Source: a virus. Taken from it: a stretch of DNA of 64,000 nt. The stretch lies in IMG/VR virus record IMGVR_UViG_3300012642_000011, positions 288,001 to 352,000 of that record; one strand, given 5' to 3'. Shown piece by piece: positions 9,951 to 20,135 of this stretch. Position 1 is the first letter of the stretch. Every line of letters starts with the position of its first letter. Below the pieces are notes generated by a model. The model was not told the origin of the DNA, searched no databases, and saw nothing but the letters and a program-made list of their open reading frames with translations. The position numbers and the translations under genes were made by a program.

Positions 9951-10139
9951 ATGTCAGGTCTTTCAATGTTGAGCGCTATCATGCATATCATTGCCATTGT
10001 TGTCTTCGTGCTCTCTACCTTCAGTGTGATTCCTATGAACACAGGCAACCTTATTGGGATGTGTTTCTTCCTCGCAGGTGTTACTTTCTTTGTGATGAGT
10101 AGAGAGAAAAAGAACACAGGTCAGGTGTTGTCTGATTGA
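9951..10139 (+). CDS. small membrane protein (2 TM)
   Basis: Hydrophobic 62-aa ORF with RBS GAGGGGAA upstream. A bidirectional terminator hairpin lies at about 10153-10190. Confidence 0.4.
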   Translation: MSGLSMLSAIMHIIAIVVFVLSTFSVIPMNTGNLIGMCFFLAGVTFFVMSREKKNTGQVLSD

Positions 10140-10187
10140 CCACGAAAAACAAAGGGCCGCTGATTGATTTCAGCGGCCCTTTGTGCA

Positions 10188-10628
10188 TCACTTCAATCGC
10201 ACTACAGCATCATTGATGGGCATTTCCGTCTTACTGAAGTGAGCGTATTCCTTTACTCCATGGTCCGCGCCATAAACGCCCATCATTTTATACATGCCGG
10301 GACGCTCAAGAATGCTGATTGCCATGATTTCCCACATGAGATCAATCTCTGCATCATGTGCATTGTCTGCCTGCAAGAACAACACGTTCTCGTTACGAGT
10401 GACCATGCTCCACTCGGAATGCTCTGTGTGGGACGCTCCATCAATGTAGACAAGACCAGAAGAGTCCATAGTGACCACAGGGCCAGAAGGAATCATCATG
10501 TCAGAAGGGTCAAGGATGGCTTCACGCTCGCCGTTCTCATACACCACGAACAACTGGTTGTAGTGCAGGTTCTCCAAGTCCTCCACCATAGAAGGTACAT
10601 GCTTCAAACGTTCGTCTACAGCGATCAC
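10188..10628 (-). CDS. hypothetical protein
   Basis: 146-aa ORF. Confidence 0.45.
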   Translation of the reverse strand: MIAVDERLKHVPSMVEDLENLHYNQLFVVYENGEREAILDPSDMMIPSGPVVTMDSSGLVYIDGASHTEHSEWSMVTRNENVLFLQADNAHDAEIDLMWEIMAISILERPGMYKMMGVYGADHGVKEYAHFSKTEMPINDAVVRLK

Positions 10629-10804
10629 TGGTCACTCCTTTCTGCATCTGTGCTCATTACTCATCCCATCCTCTCACATGGTGGAGGAAACGTCAAGCAC
10701 GGAACGAAGAATTAAAAGGGGACACAGAAGACTGACGACAAAGAGTACGATCACGTACCCTTTGCCTACGAAAGCATCATGCTACCATGTGCCGATAGGG
10801 ATCA

Positions 10805-11128
10805 TCAGCGGTTGTTGAGATAAGCACCCATCTGGGCCATCGTGGGCAGAGCCTTGCTCATGATCGTATTGCGAACGTGCTCGGGAGCGTCATCGACAGT
10901 CATCCCGAACTGCTTCAGGACACCATCGAGGATCTCATCCTGCAGCGACTGAGATGGCATCTGCATGCACACCTCATTCACGTTCATGCTCATCTCAAGA
11001 GTACGATAAGCAACCTTAGGGTCGCCTCCGAACTGGGGGAGCGACCAGCGCTCAGCCTGATTGCGCATCAGTGCCTCAGACGTGGCAGCAATGATGGCGT
11101 TGAACTCATCCATCGTGACCTTCTTCAT
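10805..11128 (-). CDS. hypothetical protein
   Basis: 107-aa ORF. Confidence 0.4.
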   Translation of the reverse strand: MKKVTMDEFNAIIAATSEALMRNQAERWSLPQFGGDPKVAYRTLEMSMNVNEVCMQMPSQSLQDEILDGVLKQFGMTVDDAPEHVRNTIMSKALPTMAQMGAYLNNR

Positions 11129-11425
11129 GATGACTCTCCTTCATGGAGTTTATTGGCTGTGGGCTTCTCCCGTTGCCGTTTCATATTGAATGCTACTGGA
11201 CGATCAAGTGTATGTCAACCAGAGTTTTTGTTGAGTACAGGGGACACAATAATTATCACTCCGTGCTTGTTCGACACGCCCGAGCGCGTTGCTTACAAGA
11301 TCCGCTTGATATCAACGGTTTTGGAAGCGACACGCCGATGGTGTTGACATACTTTCCAACGTCTGCAATGATAGTCATATCAAGTCAGCAACCGGCTACT
11401 TGAGAAACTTCTGAAAGGAAGCACC

Positions 11426-11953
11426 ATGACTGAGACCACGAACACCATTGAGTCCACGTTCACCCTGACCAACGCCTGCCAATGCGCGTACTGCACGGAT
11501 TGCGAGCAGGGTATGGTCGTTGAGTACGGTGAGCCGTGCGTGGAGTGTGAGTCCAAGGATCACATGAACTACGACATCGAGTGCTACGGGTCGTGCGTGG
11601 ATAACATGGACTTCCTCAAGGACGACATCAAGGCGTGGCAGCGCATGCATCGCAACAAGTACGTGCTGGCGACGTGCAATGATACGCACCCGTTTCTCGG
11701 TCACCCTCGCACGGGGTACAAGGTCATGAAGATGAACTCCGATTTCTCGGACATGATCGCGCCGCACACTACGGATTGGTCGCAGCATTGGACCGTGGAG
11801 ATCAAGCGTGGCGGGACGCTCAAGTGTGTTCAGTCTCACCACGATCACCCGACCGGACAGTTCATCACGTTCGAGCCGCTGAAGCCCCACGAGCGCAAGA
11901 TGCTGGATGAGCAGGGTTACATCGAGCGCGACGACATGGAAATCTTCCTCTGA
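11426..11953 (+). CDS. hypothetical Cys-rich (zinc-binding) protein
   Basis: The N-terminus carries multiple CxxC pairs. RBS GAAAGGAAG precedes the start, and a perfect 20-bp-stem terminator lies at about 11955-12003. Confidence 0.5.
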   Translation: MTETTNTIESTFTLTNACQCAYCTDCEQGMVVEYGEPCVECESKDHMNYDIECYGSCVDNMDFLKDDIKAWQRMHRNKYVLATCNDTHPFLGHPRTGYKVMKMNSDFSDMIAPHTTDWSQHWTVEIKRGGTLKCVQSHHDHPTGQFITFEPLKPHERKMLDEQGYIERDDMEIFL

Positions 11954-11954
11954 C

Positions 11955-12003
11955 AGACAAAGAATAGCGTCCGCACAGAATGTGAGTGTTCTGTGCGGAC
12001 GCT
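11955..12003 (+). terminator. stem-loop terminator (20-bp perfect stem)
   Basis: agaatagcgtccgcacagaa-tgtgagtg-ttctgtgcggacgctattct lies immediately after the CDS at 11426..11953. Confidence 0.5.
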
Positions 12004-12164
12004 ATTCTATTGTTGGTAAGGGGACACAGAATGTGATATACAGCCACTCATACTTCCGAAGAAATAACCCCTAGACCAACTTGACTTCCCAATTCGCTCA
12101 TGCAATGATGGTGCTAATAGGTCAGGGCAACGGGCGCTGACCACTACTATACAAGGAGAGCATC

Positions 12165-12557
12165 ATGATCACTCTCACCGCTGATAACGACTACCGCTTC
12201 CATGACGGACTCATCACTTCTGACAACGTTCCCGGCCCTGTTGCCGTTGCCCTCCATGATGACACCCGCGTTGACTGCGGAGGCATCTCCTACGCCGGTC
12301 TTGGAGACTGCGTTTCCGATGATCGCCATGCTGACGCTGGTCACATCGGCCCGAACGCTCATCACCTGATCCGTAACCTGAACGCCGTACCGGCTCTTCG
12401 TCCCACTGGCCGTCGCTACTACCTGATCCAGTATCGCTACAATGGGAACCTGTACGTTCTGCGTTGCCATGATCGTGCGCACTGCCGCTACGCGCTCTCC
12501 CACCTCGGTCACCTGTATGACAATGGCGTGCTTGACGACATTCTGATCATTAACTGA
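12165..12557 (+). CDS. hypothetical protein
   Basis: 130-aa ORF with RBS AAGGAGAG, followed by a terminator hairpin at about 12557-12598. Confidence 0.45.
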   Translation: MITLTADNDYRFHDGLITSDNVPGPVAVALHDDTRVDCGGISYAGLGDCVSDDRHADAGHIGPNAHHLIRNLNAVPALRPTGRRYYLIQYRYNGNLYVLRCHDRAHCRYALSHLGHLYDNGVLDDILIIN

Positions 12558-12630
12558 CTGAATGGAGGGGAAGGGATTTTATTCCCCTCCATTCACTCGT
12601 GTTAACAAGGGGACACAAGATTCGTGTTAA

Positions 12631-13029
12631 TCAGAACAACGTAGGATGCTCGTAGAACTCGTGGACGATCACAGGAACCTTCTTGCTCAATGCAATCTTC
12701 ATGCAGTTGCGAGTACCATAGGAGTCGCCATAAGGGAAGGCAACGCACAAGTCAACGCCGGTATCAACCATCTTGGCATTCCTGATGTAGCCTGCTGACT
12801 TGCCATACTCATCCCACTGTGCAGGATGAGCCTCAACAACCCAACCACGCTCGACAGCCCACTGCGCACCTATCGCATCTGCGCCACGCGCGTTGCCATG
12901 CACGAACACGTTCTCCTTGTCCTCGCCGTGCTGTAACACCCACTTGTCGTAAGCGTCATCAAGCGCTTCATATACCTCTGCAGCATGGTCATCCGTGAGA
13001 TTACGGCTTCCTGTGATCAGCATTCTCAT
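12631..13029 (-). CDS. SLOG-superfamily (DprA, LOG or DUF2493-like Rossmann) protein
   Basis: Signature ITGSR...VHGNARGADAIGAQWA...G. The start was adjusted to an internal ATG preceded by AGGAGG. Confidence 0.5.
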   Translation of the reverse strand: MRMLITGSRNLTDDHAAEVYEALDDAYDKWVLQHGEDKENVFVHGNARGADAIGAQWAVERGWVVEAHPAQWDEYGKSAGYIRNAKMVDTGVDLCVAFPYGDSYGTRNCMKIALSKKVPVIVHEFYEHPTLF

Positions 13030-13141
13030 AATGATTCCTCCTTGTTGTTCTCTGAGAATCATTCTATCAAGATAGAGAAACACGAGCAGAAGGGACACAA
13101 GAAGAAGCCCCAACAGGGGAACACCCTGTCAGGACTCGACC

Positions 13142-13537
13142 TCACATGCGGGACTTGATCATCTCAATGATCCCGTGTCGCTCAGCGTGAGCAATAGCGT
13201 CATCCATGGCATCATTCCACTCATGATCCAAACCAAACGAGTCAAGATCGTGGTCACGCTCACTATAGTTGAAATCCCCATGAGCACCGTTGTACTCGCT
13301 CAGAAGGTGGCGTCCTGTACTGTCGTACATGTAGGTGTCATCGTGGGCCGCGTAGTGACGCTCACTCCATCCGAACTCTCCCCAATCCTCCTCATACGAC
13401 TCGCCGTAGACGATGAGAGACAGGTGGGGGTACGTCTTGATCAATGCAGCAGCGTAAAAATCACACTCACCTTGCTGCCACCGCTCCCATTCGTCAATGA
13501 TGTAGCCTTGCTTATTCAAATCAGAAAGAGTTTTCAT
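13142..13537 (-). CDS. hypothetical acidic protein
   Basis: ORF 13142..13585, with an internal start at MKTLSDL. Confidence 0.4.
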   Translation of the reverse strand: MKTLSDLNKQGYIIDEWERWQQGECDFYAAALIKTYPHLSLIVYGESYEEDWGEFGWSERHYAAHDDTYMYDSTGRHLLSEYNGAHGDFNYSERDHDLDSFGLDHEWNDAMDDAIAHAERHGIIEMIKSRM

Positions 13538-13761
13538 GTCGCCTTCGATTGTTCGGTGATGTGTACTTGGTGAACAGCCTACCATGTGTACTCCTCGCTA
13601 TCAAACAGATTGAAAGGTGATCGTGATGGTGGCAGGAGGTGAGAATGTGCCTAAAGGGGGACGTGACACACTTGCTTGGCAAATAATCTTCTGTTGGTTT
13701 GACACCTGTGGTCTTATCGTGTAAAGTCATCTCTGTCATCACCAAGCAATGAGAAGGAGGA

Positions 13762-14595
13762 ATGATGATGCAGGCTGAGATCTTCAAGACCGTGGAGACC
13801 ACGAAGAAGGTTGCTATCTCTGGCGATTGGCACGGTGATACCACGTGGGCGCTGGATATGATCAGGGCTGTCCATGATCGTGGCATCAAGGTCATCCTCC
13901 ACGTTGGTGACTTCGGGATCTGGCCGGGCAAGTCGGGTGCATCGTATCTGCGCAAGGTGAACAATGCTCTTGCTGATCGTGGTATGATCCTTCTGCTGAC
14001 TGCTGGCAACCATGAGGACTACACTCAGATCGGCAAGGCTGAGCAGGTGGAGGGCATGCCCGATGGGTTCAAGGCGCGTGCTCATGCTCCCCATGTGATC
14101 ATCCTTGATCGTCCGACTCGTTGGATGATGGGGGGACGCTCTTTCATCTCCGTGGGCGGTGCGAACAGCATTGACTTTCAGGGTGGCACCTTAGGCAAGG
14201 ATTACTGGCTGGACGAGCAGATCACGGATGAGCAGGTGGATCTTGCCCGTGAGGGTGGTCACGCTGAAATCATGATCTCTCATGATACTGCTACAGGCGT
14301 CATGGACGGCATCGTGGATTCTGCCTCCGAGTGGACGGAAGAGGGCTTTAAGTACGCTCAGAAGTCCTCTGACCAGTTGAAGCGCATCACGGACGATGTT
14401 CGCCCCGTGGTGAACTTCTTCGGGCACTACCACAGGTTCATTAACCGCACTGTGACGCTGCGCGTTCCGTTCATGGGCGATTACGCTATGCGTGCTGTGT
14501 GCTTGGACATGCAGAGGCGTGCTGGCAACACTGTCATCTTCGACATTGAGGCCATGCGCATTGATGAGGTCTCCATCTGGGGGCTGCGAGTGTGA
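13762..14595 (+). CDS. calcineurin-like metallophosphoesterase (Ser/Thr phosphatase or phosphodiesterase family)
   Basis: Classical motifs GDWHGD, GDFG, GNHE and GHYH are present. RBS GGAGGA precedes the start, and a terminator hairpin lies at about 14600-14640. Confidence 0.7.
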   Translation: MMMQAEIFKTVETTKKVAISGDWHGDTTWALDMIRAVHDRGIKVILHVGDFGIWPGKSGASYLRKVNNALADRGMILLLTAGNHEDYTQIGKAEQVEGMPDGFKARAHAPHVIILDRPTRWMMGGRSFISVGGANSIDFQGGTLGKDYWLDEQITDEQVDLAREGGHAEIMISHDTATGVMDGIVDSASEWTEEGFKYAQKSSDQLKRITDDVRPVVNFFGHYHRFINRTVTLRVPFMGDYAMRAVCLDMQRRAGNTVIFDIEAMRIDEVSIWGLRV

Positions 14596-14760
14596 TGCTG
14601 TGGGGTGTGGTTGGTTACTGCTGATCACACCCCACAGTGTTACTTTAATCTTGAAGTTGTTGTTCTGCATTGTGACTGTAGGGACACAGAATACTCTTCC
14701 CCCAGAAAGCAAGAAGGGAGAGAGGGTAATTCCTCTCTCCCGTATGTGTTCTTGCTGTAG

Positions 14761-15006
14761 TCAGGAGACCACAGTGAAGGTAGCGACATGAGGGCCGAAC
14801 GTCTCGGTGACCTCCTTCATGCCCATCACCTCGATCTTGGTGCGCACATCTTCCATGCCGTTAGCAGTCAGCAGGGGCAGCGCCTCAGACATGGGGCCGG
14901 TGCTACGCTCGATCTCGTGGCCGTTGGAGTCACGAACCACAACCAGCAGGGTATCCTCCTTGATGGTGAGTCCGTCCTTGGTGGCCTTGATCTTGGTGTC
15001 CATCAT
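14761..15006 (-). CDS. hypothetical protein
   Basis: 81-aa ORF. The promoter containing motif B lies about 70 bp upstream. Confidence 0.4.
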   Translation of the reverse strand: MMDTKIKATKDGLTIKEDTLLVVVRDSNGHEIERSTGPMSEALPLLTANGMEDVRTKIEVMGMKEVTETFGPHVATFTVVS

Positions 15007-15065
15007 GGTCTCTCTCCTTGAGAGTCAGTAGGAATCGCTCTGTGTTGCTCTTCCTGTTGATGACT

Positions 15066-15100
15066 CAACTCTAACATGCAGGGACGCTCCATGTCAACAC
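15066..15100 (-). promoter_or_regulatory. leftward sigma70-type promoter whose -35/-10 spacer is the reverse complement of motif B
   Basis: The minus-strand reading is TTGACA-TGGAGCGTCCCTGCATG-TTAGAGT, about 60 bp upstream of the start at 15006. Leftward promoters near 15830, 17830, 21120, 21705, 22420, 23420, 30525, 32250, 33345 and 33775 share this architecture. Confidence 0.5.
15078..15098 (+). repeat. motif B instance (GGGACGCTCCATGTCAAC family)
   Basis: gggacgctccatgtcaac. There are about 25 intergenic, same-strand copies. Others lie near 5318, 8325, 17825, 18740, 19415, 21115, 21700, 22415, 23415, 27830, 28715, 30520, 31225, 31310, 31395, 32240, 33345, 33765, 34360, 34780 and 37005, with a degenerate copy at 15825. 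Confidence 0.6.
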
Positions 15101-15242
15101 GGAAGAATAATTTCTTAGTCCATAGGTACGATGAGCATGCTGTTATGTGATGGTACATAGATCATGGATGAGGGGACACAGTATTGATCGCATAGAAATA
15201 GCGAGAGGGAATGGTGATAATCCATCCCCTCTCGCTATTGAA

Positions 15243-15755
15243 TCAGTTCATGTGGTAGGTGGACTTGTAGCCGTCCTCGTTGTTCTTTCCACCCTCGATC
15301 AGATCCTTGACCTTGACCTGCTCCCAATGAACTTCACCATCAACCCAACCGAACAGGATGTGCTCAGGGTCTCGCTGATCAATGATCACGGAGAGCCCAT
15401 CGGAAGTGTGATAGCCCTCGATCAGAGCCATGTAACCACCGGCCTTCTCTGCCTGAAAAGCCGTGTATCGGGACCGGAGATCGTCCGTCTTTGGCACACC
15501 ACGGGTAACGTAGAGTCCATATCCCATATGATCATTGTCATCACCCGCGTAGTTCTTTGCCTCCATATCCAACGAACTGATGTGGTCGTAGGAGGTAGTG
15601 ACCTTCTTGAAGATACGGGAGAGAGCCTTCTCAGGTGCCTTGTGGTCCTTGAGGGCGAGGGACAGGTTCTGATCGATCATGGTAGACCACTGGACAGACA
15701 CCATGTTCAGAGTGCCCTGCAGATCGATATGTGCGAAAGTAGCGCGCATTCCCAT
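15243..15755 (-). CDS. hypothetical protein
   Basis: 170-aa ORF. Confidence 0.45.
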   Translation of the reverse strand: MGMRATFAHIDLQGTLNMVSVQWSTMIDQNLSLALKDHKAPEKALSRIFKKVTTSYDHISSLDMEAKNYAGDDNDHMGYGLYVTRGVPKTDDLRSRYTAFQAEKAGGYMALIEGYHTSDGLSVIIDQRDPEHILFGWVDGEVHWEQVKVKDLIEGGKNNEDGYKSTYHMN

Positions 15756-15958
15756 GTGATTGTCTCCTAATCAAGAGTGATGGTCTTAGGCTGTTCCTTC
15801 GACCTTGTGAGAACAATCTATCATGCAGGGAAGATCCATGTCAACACGTTAGCCAGAAACATCTATAAAGCGTTTCTGCTACTTTGAATCGTTCTCGTTA
15901 CATAGGGGACACAAAATATTCATAAGCAACTTACGGGTTCAGTAAGCGCATCAGAGGA

Positions 15959-16348
15959 TCAGGATTCTACCTCGAAATTGCTCACATAGGCATCAGGGTA
16001 GACGTTCTTGACGGCGTTGTTGGCCCACTGCACCCATTCATCAAGTCCGAGAACAAGAGGGAACGGTGCAGCGGGATCGTACTGGCGAGCAGTGTAGTCC
16101 ACTACGTGAGAGCAGTCGCTGTTGGCATAATGCACAGTGCCGTTGCTGAAATCGACGCGGACCATCGGGACTTCCGTGAACATGTAGAGTTCGCTTGACA
16201 CAGCATGGCAGTTGTTGTAGGCAACATCAGGATCAGAGCATGCATGAATCTGGATGAAGTCATCACTCACATGTGGACTGTGGTTGTACACTTCAACGTC
16301 AACGTACTCATTGAGCACATCAGTGATGCAGTCTGATCCCTTTGCCAT
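15959..16348 (-). CDS. hypothetical protein
   Basis: 129-aa ORF. Confidence 0.4.
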   Translation of the reverse strand: MAKGSDCITDVLNEYVDVEVYNHSPHVSDDFIQIHACSDPDVAYNNCHAVSSELYMFTEVPMVRVDFSNGTVHYANSDCSHVVDYTARQYDPAAPFPLVLGLDEWVQWANNAVKNVYPDAYVSNFEVES

Positions 16349-16477
16349 GTGCTCATCCTACAGGAAGATGATCTTGATGTCCAGAGTGAGAATCACGGGC
16401 AAGGGGACACGAAGCATGAGGGAACAGGAAGGGAGAGCACAACGCCCTGTGACCTCCCTTGCTCCCCTGCTAGTAGG

Positions 16478-16750
16478 TCACTGATCGTCTTCGGCAACCT
16501 CGATGTTGAAATCTCCACGGATAGCCATGTTCACCAGATCAGTGAAGAGGAAAACGGTGTTGCTCCCAGCAGCACGAACTTCCTCCACAGTCGCGTACTC
16601 ATGCGTCACCAGAGCAACATCTGCCTCGGTGAACTTGTCATCACCGTACTCGGGGTTCTTGGCCTCAACCTGTGCGTTGACGTGCTCCACGATGGGCGCA
16701 AGGTCAACAACGTCACCAGCGACCAGTTCAGCAATCGTCTTGATGGTCAT
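16478..16750 (-). CDS. hypothetical protein (90 aa)
   Basis: Internal start MTIKTIAEL with RBS GAGGAGA. The longer track ORF looks like an upstream extension. Confidence 0.4.
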   Translation of the reverse strand: MTIKTIAELVAGDVVDLAPIVEHVNAQVEAKNPEYGDDKFTEADVALVTHEYATVEEVRAAGSNTVFLFTDLVNMAIRGDFNIEVAEDDQ

Positions 16751-16925
16751 AATGGTCTCCTCAGTATGAGTTCTTGAGTTGAACGGGTTTGTATCTTTCA
16801 GGTTCCAGACTACACTATGGGTGTCCTTTGTGCAAGTAGGTCTGTCTGCGTATAGTGTAGGGGACACAAGATAACTAAACCGCAGAGAGGGAGAGTACAG
16901 CATCTTGTACTCTCCCTCTCTCGTA

Positions 16926-17762
16926 TCAACTTGCTTCCAGCCATCCGATCTCTCGAAGAGCCTCGTTATCATTGTTCTGACGGAGGAGGAAGTTGCTGGC
17001 GATGGGCTTGACCTGAATGTTGTTCACCTGCTCCCACTCCATCAGGGCGTTCCATGCAGTGCAGACCTCACGGCGATTGGTCTTCTTGCTGGCGAAGTTC
17101 ATGTTCATGAAGGGGGACGTGACAGGGGCGAGAGTGTTGAACAGAGTGCGTCCAGATGAATGCCGAGCAATCGCCCACAACTCAAATCCATCAGGCTCAA
17201 AGCCGTTGTTGGAGACCTCCTTGATGAAATTACGCTGACCAATCACGCTGAACGTCTTCTTTGCCATCGACTTCCGCCCCTCCCACGTCGGGTAATCAGG
17301 AATGGGCGTAGGCATGAGCGTGAGGGAATCGGACTCAATGTAAGCATGGATCAGACGACGGCATGCTGCATTGGGCGGATAGCCCTTGACCTTGTTTCGA
17401 GGGGCGCGATCAAAGATCAGTGCGTTCTCCCACGCATCAAGCGTGTTGACCTGCAGAATGAACAGGTTGTCATCCTCACCGTTCACAATGCGGACATCAT
17501 CAGGAAGCATAGCAGAGTACTTCTCCACAGCCTTGACGACAGTCTTACGAGCGTTGGACTTGCGCTTGTTCTCCTTCGCGCGATCAATGATTCGCTGCGT
17601 GCTCTTCTTGCTCTGGTACACGTCCTTGTGCTTCTTGCTGGTGATCTGACGCTTCGTAGACGGCATCAGATCTTTCACAAAAGCAAAACAGCAGTAAGCG
17701 AGAGGAATGATAAGAGGGATGAGTACCGCTACGATCACGATGGTGAGGAATGACGGTTCCAT
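16926..17762 (-). CDS. N-terminally membrane-anchored hypothetical protein
   Basis: An N-terminal TM helix is followed by a basic region across a 278-aa ORF. A promoter containing motif B lies upstream. Confidence 0.45.
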   Translation of the reverse strand: MEPSFLTIVIVAVLIPLIIPLAYCCFAFVKDLMPSTKRQITSKKHKDVYQSKKSTQRIIDRAKENKRKSNARKTVVKAVEKYSAMLPDDVRIVNGEDDNLFILQVNTLDAWENALIFDRAPRNKVKGYPPNAACRRLIHAYIESDSLTLMPTPIPDYPTWEGRKSMAKKTFSVIGQRNFIKEVSNNGFEPDGFELWAIARHSSGRTLFNTLAPVTSPFMNMNFASKKTNRREVCTAWNALMEWEQVNNIQVKPIASNFLLRQNNDNEALREIGWLEAS

Positions 17763-17946
17763 GATGTTCTCCTAAGAGTTATTGCCTTGGTCTGTTCTAT
17801 AGACCTGATACCTCTACTCTACCACAAGGGACGCTCCAGTATCAAGCGATACCCCCTGTTGCTGATCTCTGATCTTCATGCTATAGTAGACGAGTAGCCT
17901 TCAGTTGGTGGCTATGAACATCACACGAAAAAGGGAGTAGTGACCA

Positions 17947-18080
17947 TGGATCGCATCGATTTTCTCATCGCAGCAGGTTTGGATCAGATGGAGCGTGACC
18001 AGATCAAGCGAGATGCTGTGAACTTCATGAACGCCACGGGGATTGGCTTGGGAGCGTCGGAAGACTCAGACGACAAGTGA
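17947..18080 (+). CDS. small hypothetical protein (44 aa)
   Basis: ATG preceded by AAAGGGAG. Confidence 0.3.
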
Positions 18081-18197
18081 GCAGGGTGGGCAGGTGCTTT
18101 ATGCACCTGTTCATCACTTGAGGGGACACAAGTTACTATCCATAAAAAGTAGGGAGAGCATGATGATCATGCTCTCCCTACTTCGTTCTCAGGAAGG

Positions 18198-18635
18198 TCA
18201 CGGGAGCACGATTCCCACGCCCTTGAACCCCACCTGATCCTTGATCTCATCAATGGCACCAATGACATCGAGAGCAAACTGGACATACAGATCAGACTCA
18301 TGATTCATGTACGTACCACGCCCCAAGAGGGTGACGAAGACGTAATCGGAATCACCGATCACGTACTCGGTGCTGTGAGAACTACCAGTACCGTAAGTAT
18401 CCACAAGTGCATACAGAATGGCATCCACAGTCTTATGCACAATGGAAGGGAAGTGAGCGTCGAAGTCAATGGGATTGTAATCACCACCGATGTTCTCCAT
18501 GCGATCCTTGATGAAGGACTCATCGAAAACAGCCTTCACAGTGTCCTTGTGCTTGATCAGGATCGAGGTGAAGTCGATCTTCTCGGTCTCGTAGAACCCG
18601 ATGGCCTTGCTGGTGTCAATAGTGTATCCGTACAT
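18198..18635 (-). CDS. hypothetical protein
   Basis: 145-aa ORF. Confidence 0.45.
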   Translation of the reverse strand: MYGYTIDTSKAIGFYETEKIDFTSILIKHKDTVKAVFDESFIKDRMENIGGDYNPIDFDAHFPSIVHKTVDAILYALVDTYGTGSSHSTEYVIGDSDYVFVTLLGRGTYMNHESDLYVQFALDVIGAIDEIKDQVGFKGVGIVLP

Positions 18636-18779
18636 GTTTTCTCCTTGAGAAATGTGCCTGATGGATTTTTGCTTCTACGAACACACTACAGGAGACAAGT
18701 GATCATGTCAACCTGTCTCCTGTAGTGCGTTACAGATCAGGGACGCTCCACCAACGTTTACAGGTGTTTTAATTCTGTG

Positions 18780-19000
18780 GATAACCCTGTGGATAAAATT
18801 GTGGATACTCAAGTACCCCCGAAGTGTCCATAAGTAAACCCTGTGGATACGCTTGTACGCAAGCGTTTTATCGAGCAGTTATCCACAGGTAGTGATCAGC
18901 ATGTGAGCAATAGTTATCCACAGCCTGTTGAGAACTGAAGAACACCTCGCAAACTCCTTGCATATCGCTGTGGATAACATACTTGTGGCGAGGATCGGGG
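18780..19000. promoter_or_regulatory. DnaA-box cluster (oriC-like or DnaA-titrating element)
   Basis: In about 215 bp of non-coding DNA, TGTGGATAA occurs three times and TTATCCACA twice as perfect matches to the 9-mer consensus. Three to four copies with one mismatch (TGTGGATAC twice, TGTCCATAA) occur in both orientations. A 10-bp-stem hairpin with an AT-rich loop follows at about 19030-19075. Confidence 0.6.
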
Positions 19001-19079
19001 ACACAAAATGATGTCATGCAAAAGTCGAGGGCAAGCACTCATATAAAAATCAATGGTGCTTGCCCTCGAACTCTCTTGA

Positions 19080-19253
19080 TCAGCGCGTCTCGATCAGCAG
19101 TGGGACGCTCCACTCCTGCTTGACATGGACAGGGGCGGGATCAGATGCTTCCACGTCTTCCATTCGCCCCCGAAGGATGCGCTGCGAATCTGCGCTCAGG
19201 GCCATCTTGTTGGGGTCGATCTTGACCAGACGGACGTTCTTGATGTTCTCCAT
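19080..19253 (-). CDS. small hypothetical protein
   Basis: Internal ATG with RBS GAGGAGA. Confidence 0.35.
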   Translation of the reverse strand: MENIKNVRLVKIDPNKMALSADSQRILRGRMEDVEASDPAPVHVKQEWSVPLLIETR

Positions 19254-19509
19254 GATGGAATCACTTCTCCTCATTGTTCACTGTTAGCAACGTGTTCATG
19301 TTACAGACCTTGCGTATCGTCGTCAACTTGGTGTAGAGAAGATGACCGGCAAGCATGCTCAACACGGATTGTCTCACACCTATCATAGATGACGATCTAC
19401 CGTTTGCATCATGGGACGCTCCATGTGTGTGAATCGGATTGACAACGCAGTGACCATGCTCTACTGTTTCTCATGTCGGCAAAAATCCTCAATCGAAGAA
19501 GGAACCATC

Positions 19510-19974
19510 ATGATCGATTACATCAACAAGACTCGCCCGCGTCTCACGCTTTCCGAGGAGACAACCAAGATCATCTCTCGTTGCATGGGTTTCGAGTACA
19601 ATGATGACTCTATGACCCCTGCCGCCGAACTGATGGATTACTACGAGGAGATGGATGGTGTTCACGTTCTGAACCACTACCGTCATACGCATACGGAGAG
19701 CATCAATTTCCGTCACATCGTGATCGATGGTGATATGGATGAGGCCACGTGGAATAGTATTGCTTACGGCAGCCTCTTCCGACTGTTCGCCAGTGGCATG
19801 GTGAAGTTCTCCGATGATCCTCGTGGCGGTGGTGTCATCCTGAAGGAATTTGACAAGACGATTTACTCGGTCCGTCTGACTGGTCACATCGCGGTTGACT
19901 TGGCGATTGCTAAGAACCCTGAGATGAGTTACGTGATCGCTGGTGCATTCGAGGCTGGCATGATGAGCGCCTGA
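19510..19974 (+). CDS. hypothetical protein
   Basis: Internal ATG with RBS GAAGGAA. A sigma70-like promoter TTGACA-17-TACTGT lies upstream, and a terminator hairpin at about 19985-20015. Confidence 0.45.
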   Translation: MIDYINKTRPRLTLSEETTKIISRCMGFEYNDDSMTPAAELMDYYEEMDGVHVLNHYRHTHTESINFRHIVIDGDMDEATWNSIAYGSLFRLFASGMVKFSDDPRGGGVILKEFDKTIYSVRLTGHIAVDLAIAKNPEMSYVIAGAFEAGMMSA

Positions 19975-20135
19975 TAGCAGAGGGGGATGTTTGATTACGT
20001 CCCCCTCTGTCTTGCTGTTCTAAGGGGACACAGATTTAAATAACACTCTGCGAGCATGATCCAAGTTGACGTGTGTACTGATTGTGTGATACTCTTGATA
20101 CAGCACTACTGACAGACAGAGAAGGGAGAGGATGC

